A stretch of DNA of 39,939 bases from assembly GCA_029932605.1 (NCBI GenBank), contig JAOZPT010000018.1, positions 1,790 through 41,728 on the forward strand, read 5' to 3'. The translations under genes were made by a program, and so were the position numbers. The notes beneath the pieces are model-generated. The model worked only from the letters and a program-made list of their open reading frames with translations, was not told the DNA's origin and made no database searches. This DNA comes from Candidatus Zixiibacteriota bacterium (GTDB taxonomy: Bacteria; Zixibacteria; MSB-5A5; UBA10806; 4484-95). Positions 1 to 8,131 of this stretch are shown one piece after another; within the stretch, counting starts at the first letter, position 1; each line of letters opens with the position of its first letter.

Positions 1-272
1 TCCGTAACATTGGCATAAAAACATTCAAAATCATATAAATCCACACCTCTCTCAACGGAGATAAATGATACCTGAGTAGAATCACTTAATTTCAAATAAA
101 TGGTGATACCGCCAACCTCAAATGTATTATTGCTTAACATTAAAGAAAATGATGTTGAATCACCAGGCAGATTATAAACATAAGGTAAATATAATGTATC
201 GATATCTTGACAAAAAGTAAGGTTAAAAAAAGGAAGGATACTAATCATTAATACTACAACAAAAATTTTCAT
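1..272 (-). CDS. Secreted cohesin-like domain protein, 5' part only (runs off the left edge)
   Basis: Not in the ORF track. ATG at 272 follows GGAGAATAAGGGG. The frame is open to the window edge: MKIFVVVLMISILPFFNLTFC-QDIDTLYLPYVYNLPGDSTSFSLMLSNNTFEVGGITIYLKLSD...VERG..LYDFECF. It has a signal peptide and the same PG....(P/S)..L.N....GG pattern as the cohesin-like modules of the neighbouring proteins. Confidence 0.8.
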   Translation of the reverse strand, partial: MKIFVVVLMISILPFFNLTFCQDIDTLYLPYVYNLPGDSTSFSLMLSNNTFEVGGITIYLKLSDSTQVSFISVERGVDLYDFECFYANVT

Positions 273-313
273 TTTTCCCCTTATTCTCCACTATAATAAT
301 CCGTTATATATAA

Positions 314-329
314 AGCAAATACCATGCCT
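314..329 (-). promoter_or_regulatory. Candidate sigma-54 (-24/-12) promoter
   Basis: The minus strand reads AGGCATGGTATTTGCT, with exact GG-N10-GC spacing and a close match to TGGCACG-N4-TTGCW, about 40 nt upstream of the ATG at 272. Confidence 0.5.
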
Positions 330-535
330 CCTTTCTTTTAACCTCAATAATTTCAGCATGTTGAATTACTATTATATATTTCCTATAATTCCGATTCAAC
401 TCCAATCAAATAATCACCCTTATTATTAATCAAAAATACAAGTTTTTTATTTACGCCACTACAATCATTATCACCTGATCTTTGTTTCCCGCATTCGTTT
501 TCACAAAATCTGCAAAATCAGTGAATTTTTTTTAT

Positions 536-567
536 AAGGCAAGAGAGGCGAAAGCCTCTCTCACCTT
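536..567 (-). terminator. GC-rich hairpin downstream of the 762-aa gene (terminator or 3' stabiliser)
   Basis: Perfect 8-bp stem AGAGAGGC-GAAA-GCCTCTCT (542..561), extended by AAGG/CCTT. The U-tract on the minus strand is poor. Confidence 0.5.
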
Positions 568-600
568 AATTTCACGATGAAAATCGCCGCCAATATTCTC

Positions 601-2889
601 TTATTTCAGCAGTGTCATCTTCATCGTTTCAGAGAAGTTACCAGCTGTAACTTTGTAGAAGTATACACCACTGGCTACATTGTTGGCATCCCAGACAATT
701 GAATGATACCCGGCAGACATGTTACCAGCATCAATGGCCTTGACCAGCTGTCCAGCCACGTTGTAAATGGCGATGGACACCTTCGCCTCATCAGGCAAAC
801 CAAAGCTGATAGTTGTCTTTGCGTTGAACGGGTTCGGGAAGTTCTGAGAAACAACGAACTCCTCTGGAATCGGAGCGACCAGCTCGGAACGGGCATCCAA
901 CAGATGACCAATATTATCCGATGCCGACACATCACCAAAGCTCAAAGCACCCTCGGAAAGCACTGGAACAGTGAACAGGGTGTTATTGCCAGGAGCAAAT
1001 GCCTTGGCATCCATGCTGTAAACCAACACGGTCATAACATCACCGTTATCACTGTATTTCAGATCCATGCCCTCAGCAACGGGCACACCAAGCTCAACAC
1101 CAGTATGGTTGATGGATACTAATGCGCCACCAACTGAAGTCTCCGAAGCTATCTTGACTTCCAGATTGTCGCTAACCTCAAGCGGCATAGAAATAGTAGC
1201 AATCACATCAAGCGGCATCATCTTACCGCCAGGAGGATTCTCGTTGAGAACATTAAGCATGAAGATAAGGTCAGCGATTGAAGCCTGGATACCATCACCA
1301 TTCACGTCAGAAGCAACCATCTGACGAAGAGTGAACGGATTAGCATCGGGGTCAATCAGGTGATTGGCAAGCACCACTACGTCACCAACCTCAAACGTAT
1401 AACCATTGAGGTTAAGGTCTCCAATAATAGCGTTGCAATCAATTATCTTGATATTGCCGCATTCGAGATCCAACAACATGGTGCCATACTCGGAGCTATC
1501 CGGAGGATCTGAACAGCCAAGAGAGAACCAAGTGAAATAACCTTCAGCATCTGAAACAACGTTCAGATCGATGGCTTCATACGGATCGTCGCTGTCCATG
1601 AAGCAAATCGGTATGCAGAAGTCAATAGGATACTGTGGCTCTGGATTCAACAAGAATTTAACCCAGAATATTGGTTCTTGGAAGAAACCACAAATATCCG
1701 GAGGATCCTGCTGGTTATTGAGGTCTCTGATGACCACAACGTTAACCCAGCCTTGACCCATGTTAACGGAAGTGTACTCGACTCCGTCCAGAGCATCGCT
1801 GAACATATAGTCGGTAGCTGTCAAGACTGAAGGATCATACTCAATGGTGAACTCGAAACCGCCAAGGCAGAAGCAGTCACCACAAACATCAAGATAAACA
1901 GGCATCCAGTCTTCAAGTCCAGGTAAGAGATACAAATCGGTCATAGATGCAGTCATCTTGCCGATAACAGCAAGCGGGCCATAAGTACCCTCAACCGGGT
2001 CATTCACACCGTCGTTAACGGTTAATACAAGGTCACCGCTGAAGCACTCACCGCAGAAGTCTTCCATTTCGAAGCACCACTCATAGTAGTAAGTAGAAGG
2101 CTCGCCAGTATCACCCTCTCTCTCAACTAATGTTATGGTGCCTGCATTTGCAGAAACATCAAGATCATCACCATCAGCATCGGTAATAACTACATCACCA
2201 CAGAATTCGTTGTAAGTGCATGCAGGAATACCACTAACGGATTCAATTACCGGAGGCTGGTTGGGTGAAAAGTAGGCACACGGGTATTCTATAACCATAC
2301 TGTGAGCATATTGACCCATGGTATCTCCAGCAGCAGGGCCACCCAAAGTTGAACTAACACCATCCTGGAAAACATCACAGATGGTCTGGTCCAGATAAAG
2401 TGTATCATCCAGAGGTGCATTGACACCGAAAATCAAGCACAGGGTTGGTGTGTCAAAATACAACCATGGGTTTGGAGCCCCACCTAGGTCAGCCCAACCG
2501 GCAAATGAACGGCTGTGCCAGCCCGCGGGGTTCGGCGGAGAACCTTCAAGTGAATCCAGGAACGAGGCATCATCCCAATTCACATCAGGATTATATGGGT
2601 CATCGGGATCATGAAATGGGAAAAAGTCCAGCGAACAATCAGAAATAGGAATATCATCAAAGTAAGTATCATTTATACCCAGGGGAAGATGAAGGTCTGC
2701 CGTATAGGCATGTTCAGAACACTGGATATAGACAGGAAGCTGGAAGACCTTTCCGGGACTCACCATAGCAGGTCCAGGGACAGCCGGGTCAAAGAACCAC
2801 ACATAGACGGTGTCATTCTCATTAGCTAAAGCAGCACCGGCTATGAATAAAACTGCCAGCAATGATACCATCAACAATTTTTTGGTCAT
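601..2889 (-). CDS. Secreted scaffold-like protein: cohesin-like, Ig/cadherin-like, cohesin-like, dockerin, Ig-like and C-terminal FlgD/T9SS-type-A-like tail
   Basis: Signal peptide (..AGAALA-N) and AAGGAG RBS. Ig motif NQPP..DADGDDL..VNDG. Cohesin pattern PGLEDWMPVYL..GGFEFTIEYDPSVL. Duplicated Ca-loop dockerin GDLNLNG..VGDVV / SDVNGDG..IADL. Tail QNFPNPFN...SGVYFYK...KMTLLK. Confidence 0.85.
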   Translation of the reverse strand: MTKKLLMVSLLAVLFIAGAALANENDTVYVWFFDPAVPGPAMVSPGKVFQLPVYIQCSEHAYTADLHLPLGINDTYFDDIPISDCSLDFFPFHDPDDPYNPDVNWDDASFLDSLEGSPPNPAGWHSRSFAGWADLGGAPNPWLYFDTPTLCLIFGVNAPLDDTLYLDQTICDVFQDGVSSTLGGPAAGDTMGQYAHSMVIEYPCAYFSPNQPPVIESVSGIPACTYNEFCGDVVITDADGDDLDVSANAGTITLVEREGDTGEPSTYYYEWCFEMEDFCGECFSGDLVLTVNDGVNDPVEGTYGPLAVIGKMTASMTDLYLLPGLEDWMPVYLDVCGDCFCLGGFEFTIEYDPSVLTATDYMFSDALDGVEYTSVNMGQGWVNVVVIRDLNNQQDPPDICGFFQEPIFWVKFLLNPEPQYPIDFCIPICFMDSDDPYEAIDLNVVSDAEGYFTWFSLGCSDPPDSSEYGTMLLDLECGNIKIIDCNAIIGDLNLNGYTFEVGDVVVLANHLIDPDANPFTLRQMVASDVNGDGIQASIADLIFMLNVLNENPPGGKMMPLDVIATISMPLEVSDNLEVKIASETSVGGALVSINHTGVELGVPVAEGMDLKYSDNGDVMTVLVYSMDAKAFAPGNNTLFTVPVLSEGALSFGDVSASDNIGHLLDARSELVAPIPEEFVVSQNFPNPFNAKTTISFGLPDEAKVSIAIYNVAGQLVKAIDAGNMSAGYHSIVWDANNVASGVYFYKVTAGNFSETMKMTLLK

Positions 2890-2918
2890 ACTTTACTCCT
2901 TACAAATATTTTAGTTAG

Positions 2919-2934
2919 GTGTTAAGTTTAACAC
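2919..2934. promoter_or_regulatory. Operator-like inverted repeat upstream of the 762-aa gene
   Basis: GTGTTAA-GT-TTAACAC, perfect 7-bp arms with a 2-nt spacer, about 30 nt upstream of the ATG at 2889. Confidence 0.3.
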
Positions 2935-3064
2935 TCTTACAACGTTTCGAGGAACTCCATTTCCTCTTTTCCCCTCAAATTAATCACACCTTGGTTTTTT
3001 CTTCTCTCTTCATCACCTCCTTCAAGGAAATCAGGTTTTATATAAGAATCATAACTTTCACCAA

Positions 3065-3790
3065 TTACGGTGGCGGCGGGGGGCCCAAACCCTTAAAATA
3101 CCTTACCAGATAAGTTACATCATTACCCGCAACATTGCCATCAGCGTTTGAATCACCCGCTCTTAAACTGCATGGACAACCAACCGAACCTTTAAAATAA
3201 CTTACAAGATAGGTAACGTCCGAACCTGTCCTAGAACGATTGCAGTTAGCGTCACCTCTAATGGCAGTATCCTCACCAATGTAAACAAAGGTATTGTAAA
3301 CCACCACGCTATCAATATTGCCATCGGGGTCCGAGATAAAAACTTCGTCAATAATGATCTCAACGGTTGTATCAGTAGAATAATCACAACCAAGAGCAAA
3401 TATTGCATTAAATAACAGACCTTCACCTTCTTCAAGGGGAGGCGTATCAGGACCTCCTGGCATATTAGCTACCCCGGAAACAAATAAGCTTCCCGGATGT
3501 TCCACGCCTGGATTTCCATCAAAATATTCCCATGTTGAAATACGCGAACCGATAGTGTCAGCTCCATAGGGTTCAAGAATATCCGAAACACTGCTTCTCA
3601 TAATAAGATTAAATCCACCGACAGGACAAAGATTTAGAAGATAAACAGGAATAGATATTACAGCTGTATCGCGATTAGTTTCACGGTATTCCATATAAAT
3701 GAAATTGGTACAGTTTTGAGAATAAGACCATCCCGTCAAGAACATCACCGCTATTAAAATTTCAAAGAGCCAAAAAATGCGCTTTGCCAT
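3065..3790 (-). CDS. Secreted cohesin-like plus dockerin protein (adaptor-like)
   Basis: Signal peptide and GGGGAG RBS. Cohesin pattern ISIPVYLLN..VGGFNL..SRISTWEYF..GEGLLF. C-terminal dockerin GDANCN..GSDVTYLVSYFKG / GDSNADG..GNDVTYLVRYFKG. Confidence 0.85.
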   Translation of the reverse strand: MAKRIFWLFEILIAVMFLTGWSYSQNCTNFIYMEYRETNRDTAVISIPVYLLNLCPVGGFNLIMRSSVSDILEPYGADTIGSRISTWEYFDGNPGVEHPGSLFVSGVANMPGGPDTPPLEEGEGLLFNAIFALGCDYSTDTTVEIIIDEVFISDPDGNIDSVVVYNTFVYIGEDTAIRGDANCNRSRTGSDVTYLVSYFKGSVGCPCSLRAGDSNADGNVAGNDVTYLVRYFKGLGPPPPP

Positions 3791-4135
3791 AAATTAATCT
3801 CCCCACTTTGATTAATTTTTTACTAAAACCTCCAACCTTTTTCATCCCATTAGCAATCTATTTCATACATCTCCAGCAAAACGCACATTAATAAACTCCA
3901 AAACCTGTTTCCAAATCATCAGTCTCCACTTCTCTCCCTGATGTGCATTTGTAAATTTCCCTTAACCTTCTCTTACCGCGGAACAAACCCCAATCAAATA
4001 TTAAATCAAGATACAAATTGTTTTGAAAATCTCCTTAATGACCCTTAATATTTGATTCTACTTCATTTTTTGTTATCCCACTTACACGAAGCATGACGTC
4101 CAGAAGTTATTGTAGTATTACTACGTCTGTATTCT

Positions 4136-4163
4136 AATATACACTCTTTATATTACCTGTCAA
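4136..4163 (-). promoter_or_regulatory. Sigma-70-type promoter for the leftward cohesin/dockerin genes
   Basis: TTGACA-N16-TATATT on the minus strand with an A-rich upstream element. Confidence 0.5.
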
Positions 4164-4284
4164 GAAAAAAATTAAATTTTTTTAAACAAAATAAAAATAT
4201 CTATAAAAATGAGAACTACAAATAAAACATAAAAATCTCTATGAAACGATTTTCATAAAAGTTGTAAAAAATTGCATTTTTCTC

Positions 4285-4313
4285 TTGACAACAAAATCCT
4301 CAAAAATTATCTT
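4285..4313 (+). promoter_or_regulatory. Sigma-70-type promoter for the small peptide gene
   Basis: TTGACA (4285..4290), 17-nt spacer, TATCTT (4308..4313). The upstream region is AT-rich. Confidence 0.65.
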
Positions 4314-4402
4314 GGAGTTAAAAGGGGTATGAGGGTGAGCTGGTGTTTTGGCAGCCCACTCTGTTAGGTTCAAAAAACCTCTAATTGAAGGGAGGTGATG
4401 TA

Positions 4403-4480
4403 ATGGAAGAAATCATCCTGGAAATTGAGGAACTGGAAGAAAGGGTCGCCCCTGCTGGTTATGCTGGTGGAGGTTTATAA
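4403..4480 (+). CDS. 25-aa small peptide MEEIILEIEELEERVAPAGYAGGGL (precursor-peptide-like)
   Basis: Below the ORF-track size cutoff. Near-perfect SD AAGGGAGGTGAT, with GGAGG 7 nt before the ATG. It has its own upstream promoter and downstream terminator. An acidic leader-like segment ending ELEERVAP is followed by a Gly/Ala-rich 8-mer. Confidence 0.8.
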   Translation: MEEIILEIEELEERVAPAGYAGGGL

Positions 4481-4507
4481 TCTAGAATTGAAACTAGTGT
4501 GTTCTAT

Positions 4508-4541
4508 GAAAACCGCCATGACCCGGCGGTTTTCTTCTTTT
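4508..4541 (+). terminator. Rho-independent terminator between the peptide gene and the convergent kinase gene
   Basis: GAAAACCGCC-ATGACCC-GGCGGTTTTC, a 10-bp stem followed by TTCTTTT. It may also act on the minus strand. Confidence 0.75.
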
Positions 4542-4555
4542 AGGAGGGACGCCCC

Positions 4556-7500
4556 TTATTGATTTATATCAACCGTAGCTTTCATCTTATCAACTAAAAA
4601 ATTAAACCTCTTGACAAAAGGTAACGCTTCTAACCCCTCGATATTACGTTCATCGGGAAACGCATCTACTAATATATTAAAAATGTTTTGCGCTTGCTTC
4701 ATTCTTTTCATAAAAACAGAATATTTACCACAATGAAATAGAATATCACTCTCAAGAACAATAGCTTTAAATATAAAATACATGCAACCAGAATTTTCAG
4801 CGGTTTCTTTAATTGTCTTTATCAATTCAAGAGCTGGATCATATCTTTTCCTTCTGTAATGAAATGCAGCAAGTATCATGTTATGATCAAGTTTTATTAT
4901 TACGTTCTGAATCTTCAAAGCCTTAAACCGTCGGAAAGACCTTTCAACATCATCATAATTGTTTTCCTTCAAATATATTTCAGCTAACGACACCAACGCC
5001 GAGCCAGCGATTTCACCAAAATCATACTTTATTGCCTCATCAACCAATTCCTCATACATTTTACCTGCTTCCGTCCTTAAAGTCAATCCAGCCAGCCTTG
5101 CCTCTAAAAGCTTCCCCTTAAAAATTTGCATCCTGGTTAAATTTTGCTTTTCCCCAAGTTGTCTTTGCAACTCTTGACATCGCCCGATATCTCCCATCAA
5201 TAGCTCAAGTTCGATTCCAGTCAGAAGAATATCCACTGCTAACTCCTGGTTTGACAAGCCGGCGCACATCACATCTGCCTGAGTGAGCATTCGCAAGGCA
5301 AGTTTGAAGTTGCCCATAGCCATACAATCTACTGCCAGAAGTTGACTTGCCTGCGCCTGATACATCCTGTGCTTCAGAGCCTTCGCAATATCCAGGGCTT
5401 TATGATTAGATTCGGCAGACTTAATAAAATTTCCGGTTTTATGATAAGCCTGGGCAATATTGGATATTATATTTAACTGTTGCTCTGCATAACCTATATC
5501 CACAGCTATCTCGTAACCCTTTTTAAAATACTCAAGCGCTTCCAGCGGCTTACCAGAATTCAAATTAAAAAAGCCGATATTGTTTAACACCAGTGTTTCC
5601 GACTGACGGTCCTTTGCCACCTGTGCACACTCCAAGGCCTTGTTAAATCTTCCCATAACCTCGGTGGTCCTACCAGTAAGGTCATAAATGATACCGATGT
5701 TGCTATTTATTTTTGCCTGTGCTGTCAGATCGTTTATCCTCTCGTTTATTTTAAGGGCTTTTTCATAATTCTCTAAAGCTTCATCGTATTTACCAATAGT
5801 CCACATTGCCAGACCAAGGTTGTTAAGGCAAGCTGCCTGGTGGGGAAGGTCATTATCCTTTCGATACAGGTTAAGGGCTTTATCAGTAAACTCTATTGAC
5901 TTAGTAAATTCCTGTCCTAATCGATACAAATCGCCAAGATTTTTATAGGTTATGGCCAAGGCTTTCCGATCATTTATCTTTTCTGCTACTTCGACTGCTG
6001 CTTTATACTTTTGTTCAGCGCGGACATTATCCGCTAAGGCCTTGGCAATATCTCCTGAAAGCAAAAGAGTATCAAATACAAGCAGGCTTTCTTCCTCATT
6101 ATCTTTAAGAAATGGAAAGACATTCTCAGCCATGCAAATGAACCTGTTGGCTTTATCATAATCAAAATCGTTAAACCACTTTAGTGCAGCATCGTAATTA
6201 TACCTTAATGCCTGGGAATGATTTTTCGCTAAGTAATAATGAAAAGCTAGCCCATCTATGTCCTGGGGATTTTTTAGCTTAATGTAATCTGCCACCTTTC
6301 TATGCATCGATAATCTACGCTCGGGTGAGAGATAACCATAAACAGCTTTAGCCATACTTTGACTTGAGAAAAAATAAGACCCTTGATCGTATTTCAACCA
6401 ACCATCTTTTCTTAACCGGCACAATTCCTTCTCTGTCTGAGATAAATCCAGATCCACAAGTTCAGAAAGAGTTTCACTATTTTGAGCAACATTCAAAATT
6501 GCCAACCATTGCAGTATTGCTAAAGACCTTTTGGTTAAAACATCGATTCTATCGTTGTAAATCCTACGGATATTTTCCGGCAATACTGAGTCATCAAACC
6601 GCTTGATGATTTCCCAGCCCTTCCTGCCAAATCGAAGGATGTTTTCATCGAGAAGATAATAAAGGTATTCACTAATTACTTCAGGATCACCACCGGATAG
6701 ATCCTCCATCTTATCAATGAATTCTTTATCTATCCGGTACCTCTTCATTAATTTTTCTAAATAAGAAACGGTGCGGTTGGGAAAACTGGTTAAATCATAC
6801 AATCGTATTTTATCCTTGAAATCGATTACATTTTTCGAGCAAGTAAACAGGATAATTTCCCGGGAAGTCTGCGAATCCGTATCGTATGGGCAGGCGACAT
6901 TTATAATTTCCTCGCATATATCATCCTGGCAGTTGATAAGATATACCGGTTCGTCTTGATCCGGCAATTTCCCTTCTTGGAAAATCTTTAACAACCGTTT
7001 CTGTAAGGGATTATAAGGGTTTTCCACTTTATTTATATCATAGCCTGATTCCCCATCTTTCCCGTTGGCCTTGTTCCTTTTCTCAAGCATATTTTGAATG
7101 TCATTTTTCTCATTATTCCAATCATCCTCAGATATCGGTACGACTCTCTCATTTCCAAGTTCAATTCCTGCAAGACAAACTACATCCTCGTAAAAACCGT
7201 TATTTTCATGTTTATTAGTTGAGACCACTACCAACGGCTTATTTACAGCCCTTTTCTTACAGAGTGTCTTGACAAATTCACTGGCAAATGGCCAGCATCC
7301 AGAATTAAAATAAAATCTCGAGTTTCCCTTGATTAGTTTATTTATCTCATTTTCAATTCCTAAAAGCTGGCATACTTCATACGGGTCAGCCGGTCTATCA
7401 AGTGGTTTTACCGACAGCATTTTGACTATTGTTTCGTTCAATGATTTATCCAAACTACCAGGAGGGGTTGGAGCTGATTCAGTAACCAGTTTAATTAATT

Positions 7501-8131
7501 CATCCTCATTTGAGGCGGAAAATGGCATCCTACCCTCGACAAGTTCGTATAATGTCACACCGATAGAATAAATGTCTGAAAAAGACGAGGCTTTATCACC
7601 GGTAAGTATCTCCGGAGCGATATATCCCAAAGTTCCGCTTTTTCCGGTGGGAGGTTTATTCAGGGGCTGGATAAGATTGAAATCTATCAGTTTTAATTCA
7701 CCTCTAAAATTGTAAACAAAATTCTGAGGTTTGTAATCGTTATAAACATAGCCTGAATTATATACAAAAAGAGCTATCTCAAGAATATTAAGGATGACTT
7801 TCCGTAGAGCTTTTTCCTCGAGTTTACCGCAGCTTGTCTGAAGGGTTGGACCATTTAGAAATTCCATGCAAAACCCGGTCAAATCAGTACTATCAATGAA
7901 ATCAAATGCTTCCACTACGCCCGGGTGTTTATGAAACTTCAAGAACCGGTACTCAGATTTAATAGCTTCCAAGTTATCAGAAGTTTTTTCTTTAAGCTGT
8001 TTGAAGGCCAAGAAATCATCTAACTTATTCCCCTTGGGAGTTTTTTTAGGACGAATCTTCCAGATTACGCATAATCCACCCTCACCAATTCTTTCTAATA
8101 ACTCGTAATCGTTGCTAAAATACTTATTCAT
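4556..8131 (-). CDS. Hanks-type Ser/Thr protein kinase with a degenerate STAND/AAA_16-like middle region and C-terminal TPR array
   Basis: Kinase motifs IGEGG, AFK, YNDYKPQN, DFN, GTLGYIAPE and SDIYSIG. STAND-like helical motifs LSGGDP and LPENIRRIYNDRIDVL. Multiple TPRs (NLGDLY, NNLGLAMW, SNIGIIY, NNIGFF, SNIAQAY). Confidence 0.85.
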   Translation of the reverse strand: MNKYFSNDYELLERIGEGGLCVIWKIRPKKTPKGNKLDDFLAFKQLKEKTSDNLEAIKSEYRFLKFHKHPGVVEAFDFIDSTDLTGFCMEFLNGPTLQTSCGKLEEKALRKVILNILEIALFVYNSGYVYNDYKPQNFVYNFRGELKLIDFNLIQPLNKPPTGKSGTLGYIAPEILTGDKASSFSDIYSIGVTLYELVEGRMPFSASNEDELIKLVTESAPTPPGSLDKSLNETIVKMLSVKPLDRPADPYEVCQLLGIENEINKLIKGNSRFYFNSGCWPFASEFVKTLCKKRAVNKPLVVVSTNKHENNGFYEDVVCLAGIELGNERVVPISEDDWNNEKNDIQNMLEKRNKANGKDGESGYDINKVENPYNPLQKRLLKIFQEGKLPDQDEPVYLINCQDDICEEIINVACPYDTDSQTSREIILFTCSKNVIDFKDKIRLYDLTSFPNRTVSYLEKLMKRYRIDKEFIDKMEDLSGGDPEVISEYLYYLLDENILRFGRKGWEIIKRFDDSVLPENIRRIYNDRIDVLTKRSLAILQWLAILNVAQNSETLSELVDLDLSQTEKELCRLRKDGWLKYDQGSYFFSSQSMAKAVYGYLSPERRLSMHRKVADYIKLKNPQDIDGLAFHYYLAKNHSQALRYNYDAALKWFNDFDYDKANRFICMAENVFPFLKDNEEESLLVFDTLLLSGDIAKALADNVRAEQKYKAAVEVAEKINDRKALAITYKNLGDLYRLGQEFTKSIEFTDKALNLYRKDNDLPHQAACLNNLGLAMWTIGKYDEALENYEKALKINERINDLTAQAKINSNIGIIYDLTGRTTEVMGRFNKALECAQVAKDRQSETLVLNNIGFFNLNSGKPLEALEYFKKGYEIAVDIGYAEQQLNIISNIAQAYHKTGNFIKSAESNHKALDIAKALKHRMYQAQASQLLAVDCMAMGNFKLALRMLTQADVMCAGLSNQELAVDILLTGIELELLMGDIGRCQELQRQLGEKQNLTRMQIFKGKLLEARLAGLTLRTEAGKMYEELVDEAIKYDFGEIAGSALVSLAEIYLKENNYDDVERSFRRFKALKIQNVIIKLDHNMILAAFHYRRKRYDPALELIKTIKETAENSGCMYFIFKAIVLESDILFHCGKYSVFMKRMKQAQNIFNILVDAFPDERNIEGLEALPFVKRFNFLVDKMKATVDINQ

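Noticed and set aside
675..2829. Short ORFs overlapping the 762-aa gene, and the many similar shadow ORFs of 60-153 aa across the window
   Set aside because: They are antisense or alternate-frame to well-supported genes, with no RBS or recognisable motifs.
2984..3013. Micro-ORF MKREEKTKV* on the minus strand after the perfect SD
   Set aside because: Its ATG is embedded in the SD (2 nt after AGGAGG), too close for normal initiation. It is treated as an orphan SD instead.
3888..4016. Possible 42-codon TTG-start ORF in the long leader (minus strand)
   Set aside because: The nearest AAGGAG is about 14 nt away, the start codon is weak, and there are no recognisable features.
4403..4480. Peptide as a lanthipeptide/thiopeptide/sactipeptide precursor, kinase substrate or type I toxin
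   Set aside because: It has no Ser, Thr or Cys, is acidic rather than hydrophobic or cationic, and the neighbouring kinase lacks LanKC lyase/cyclase domains.
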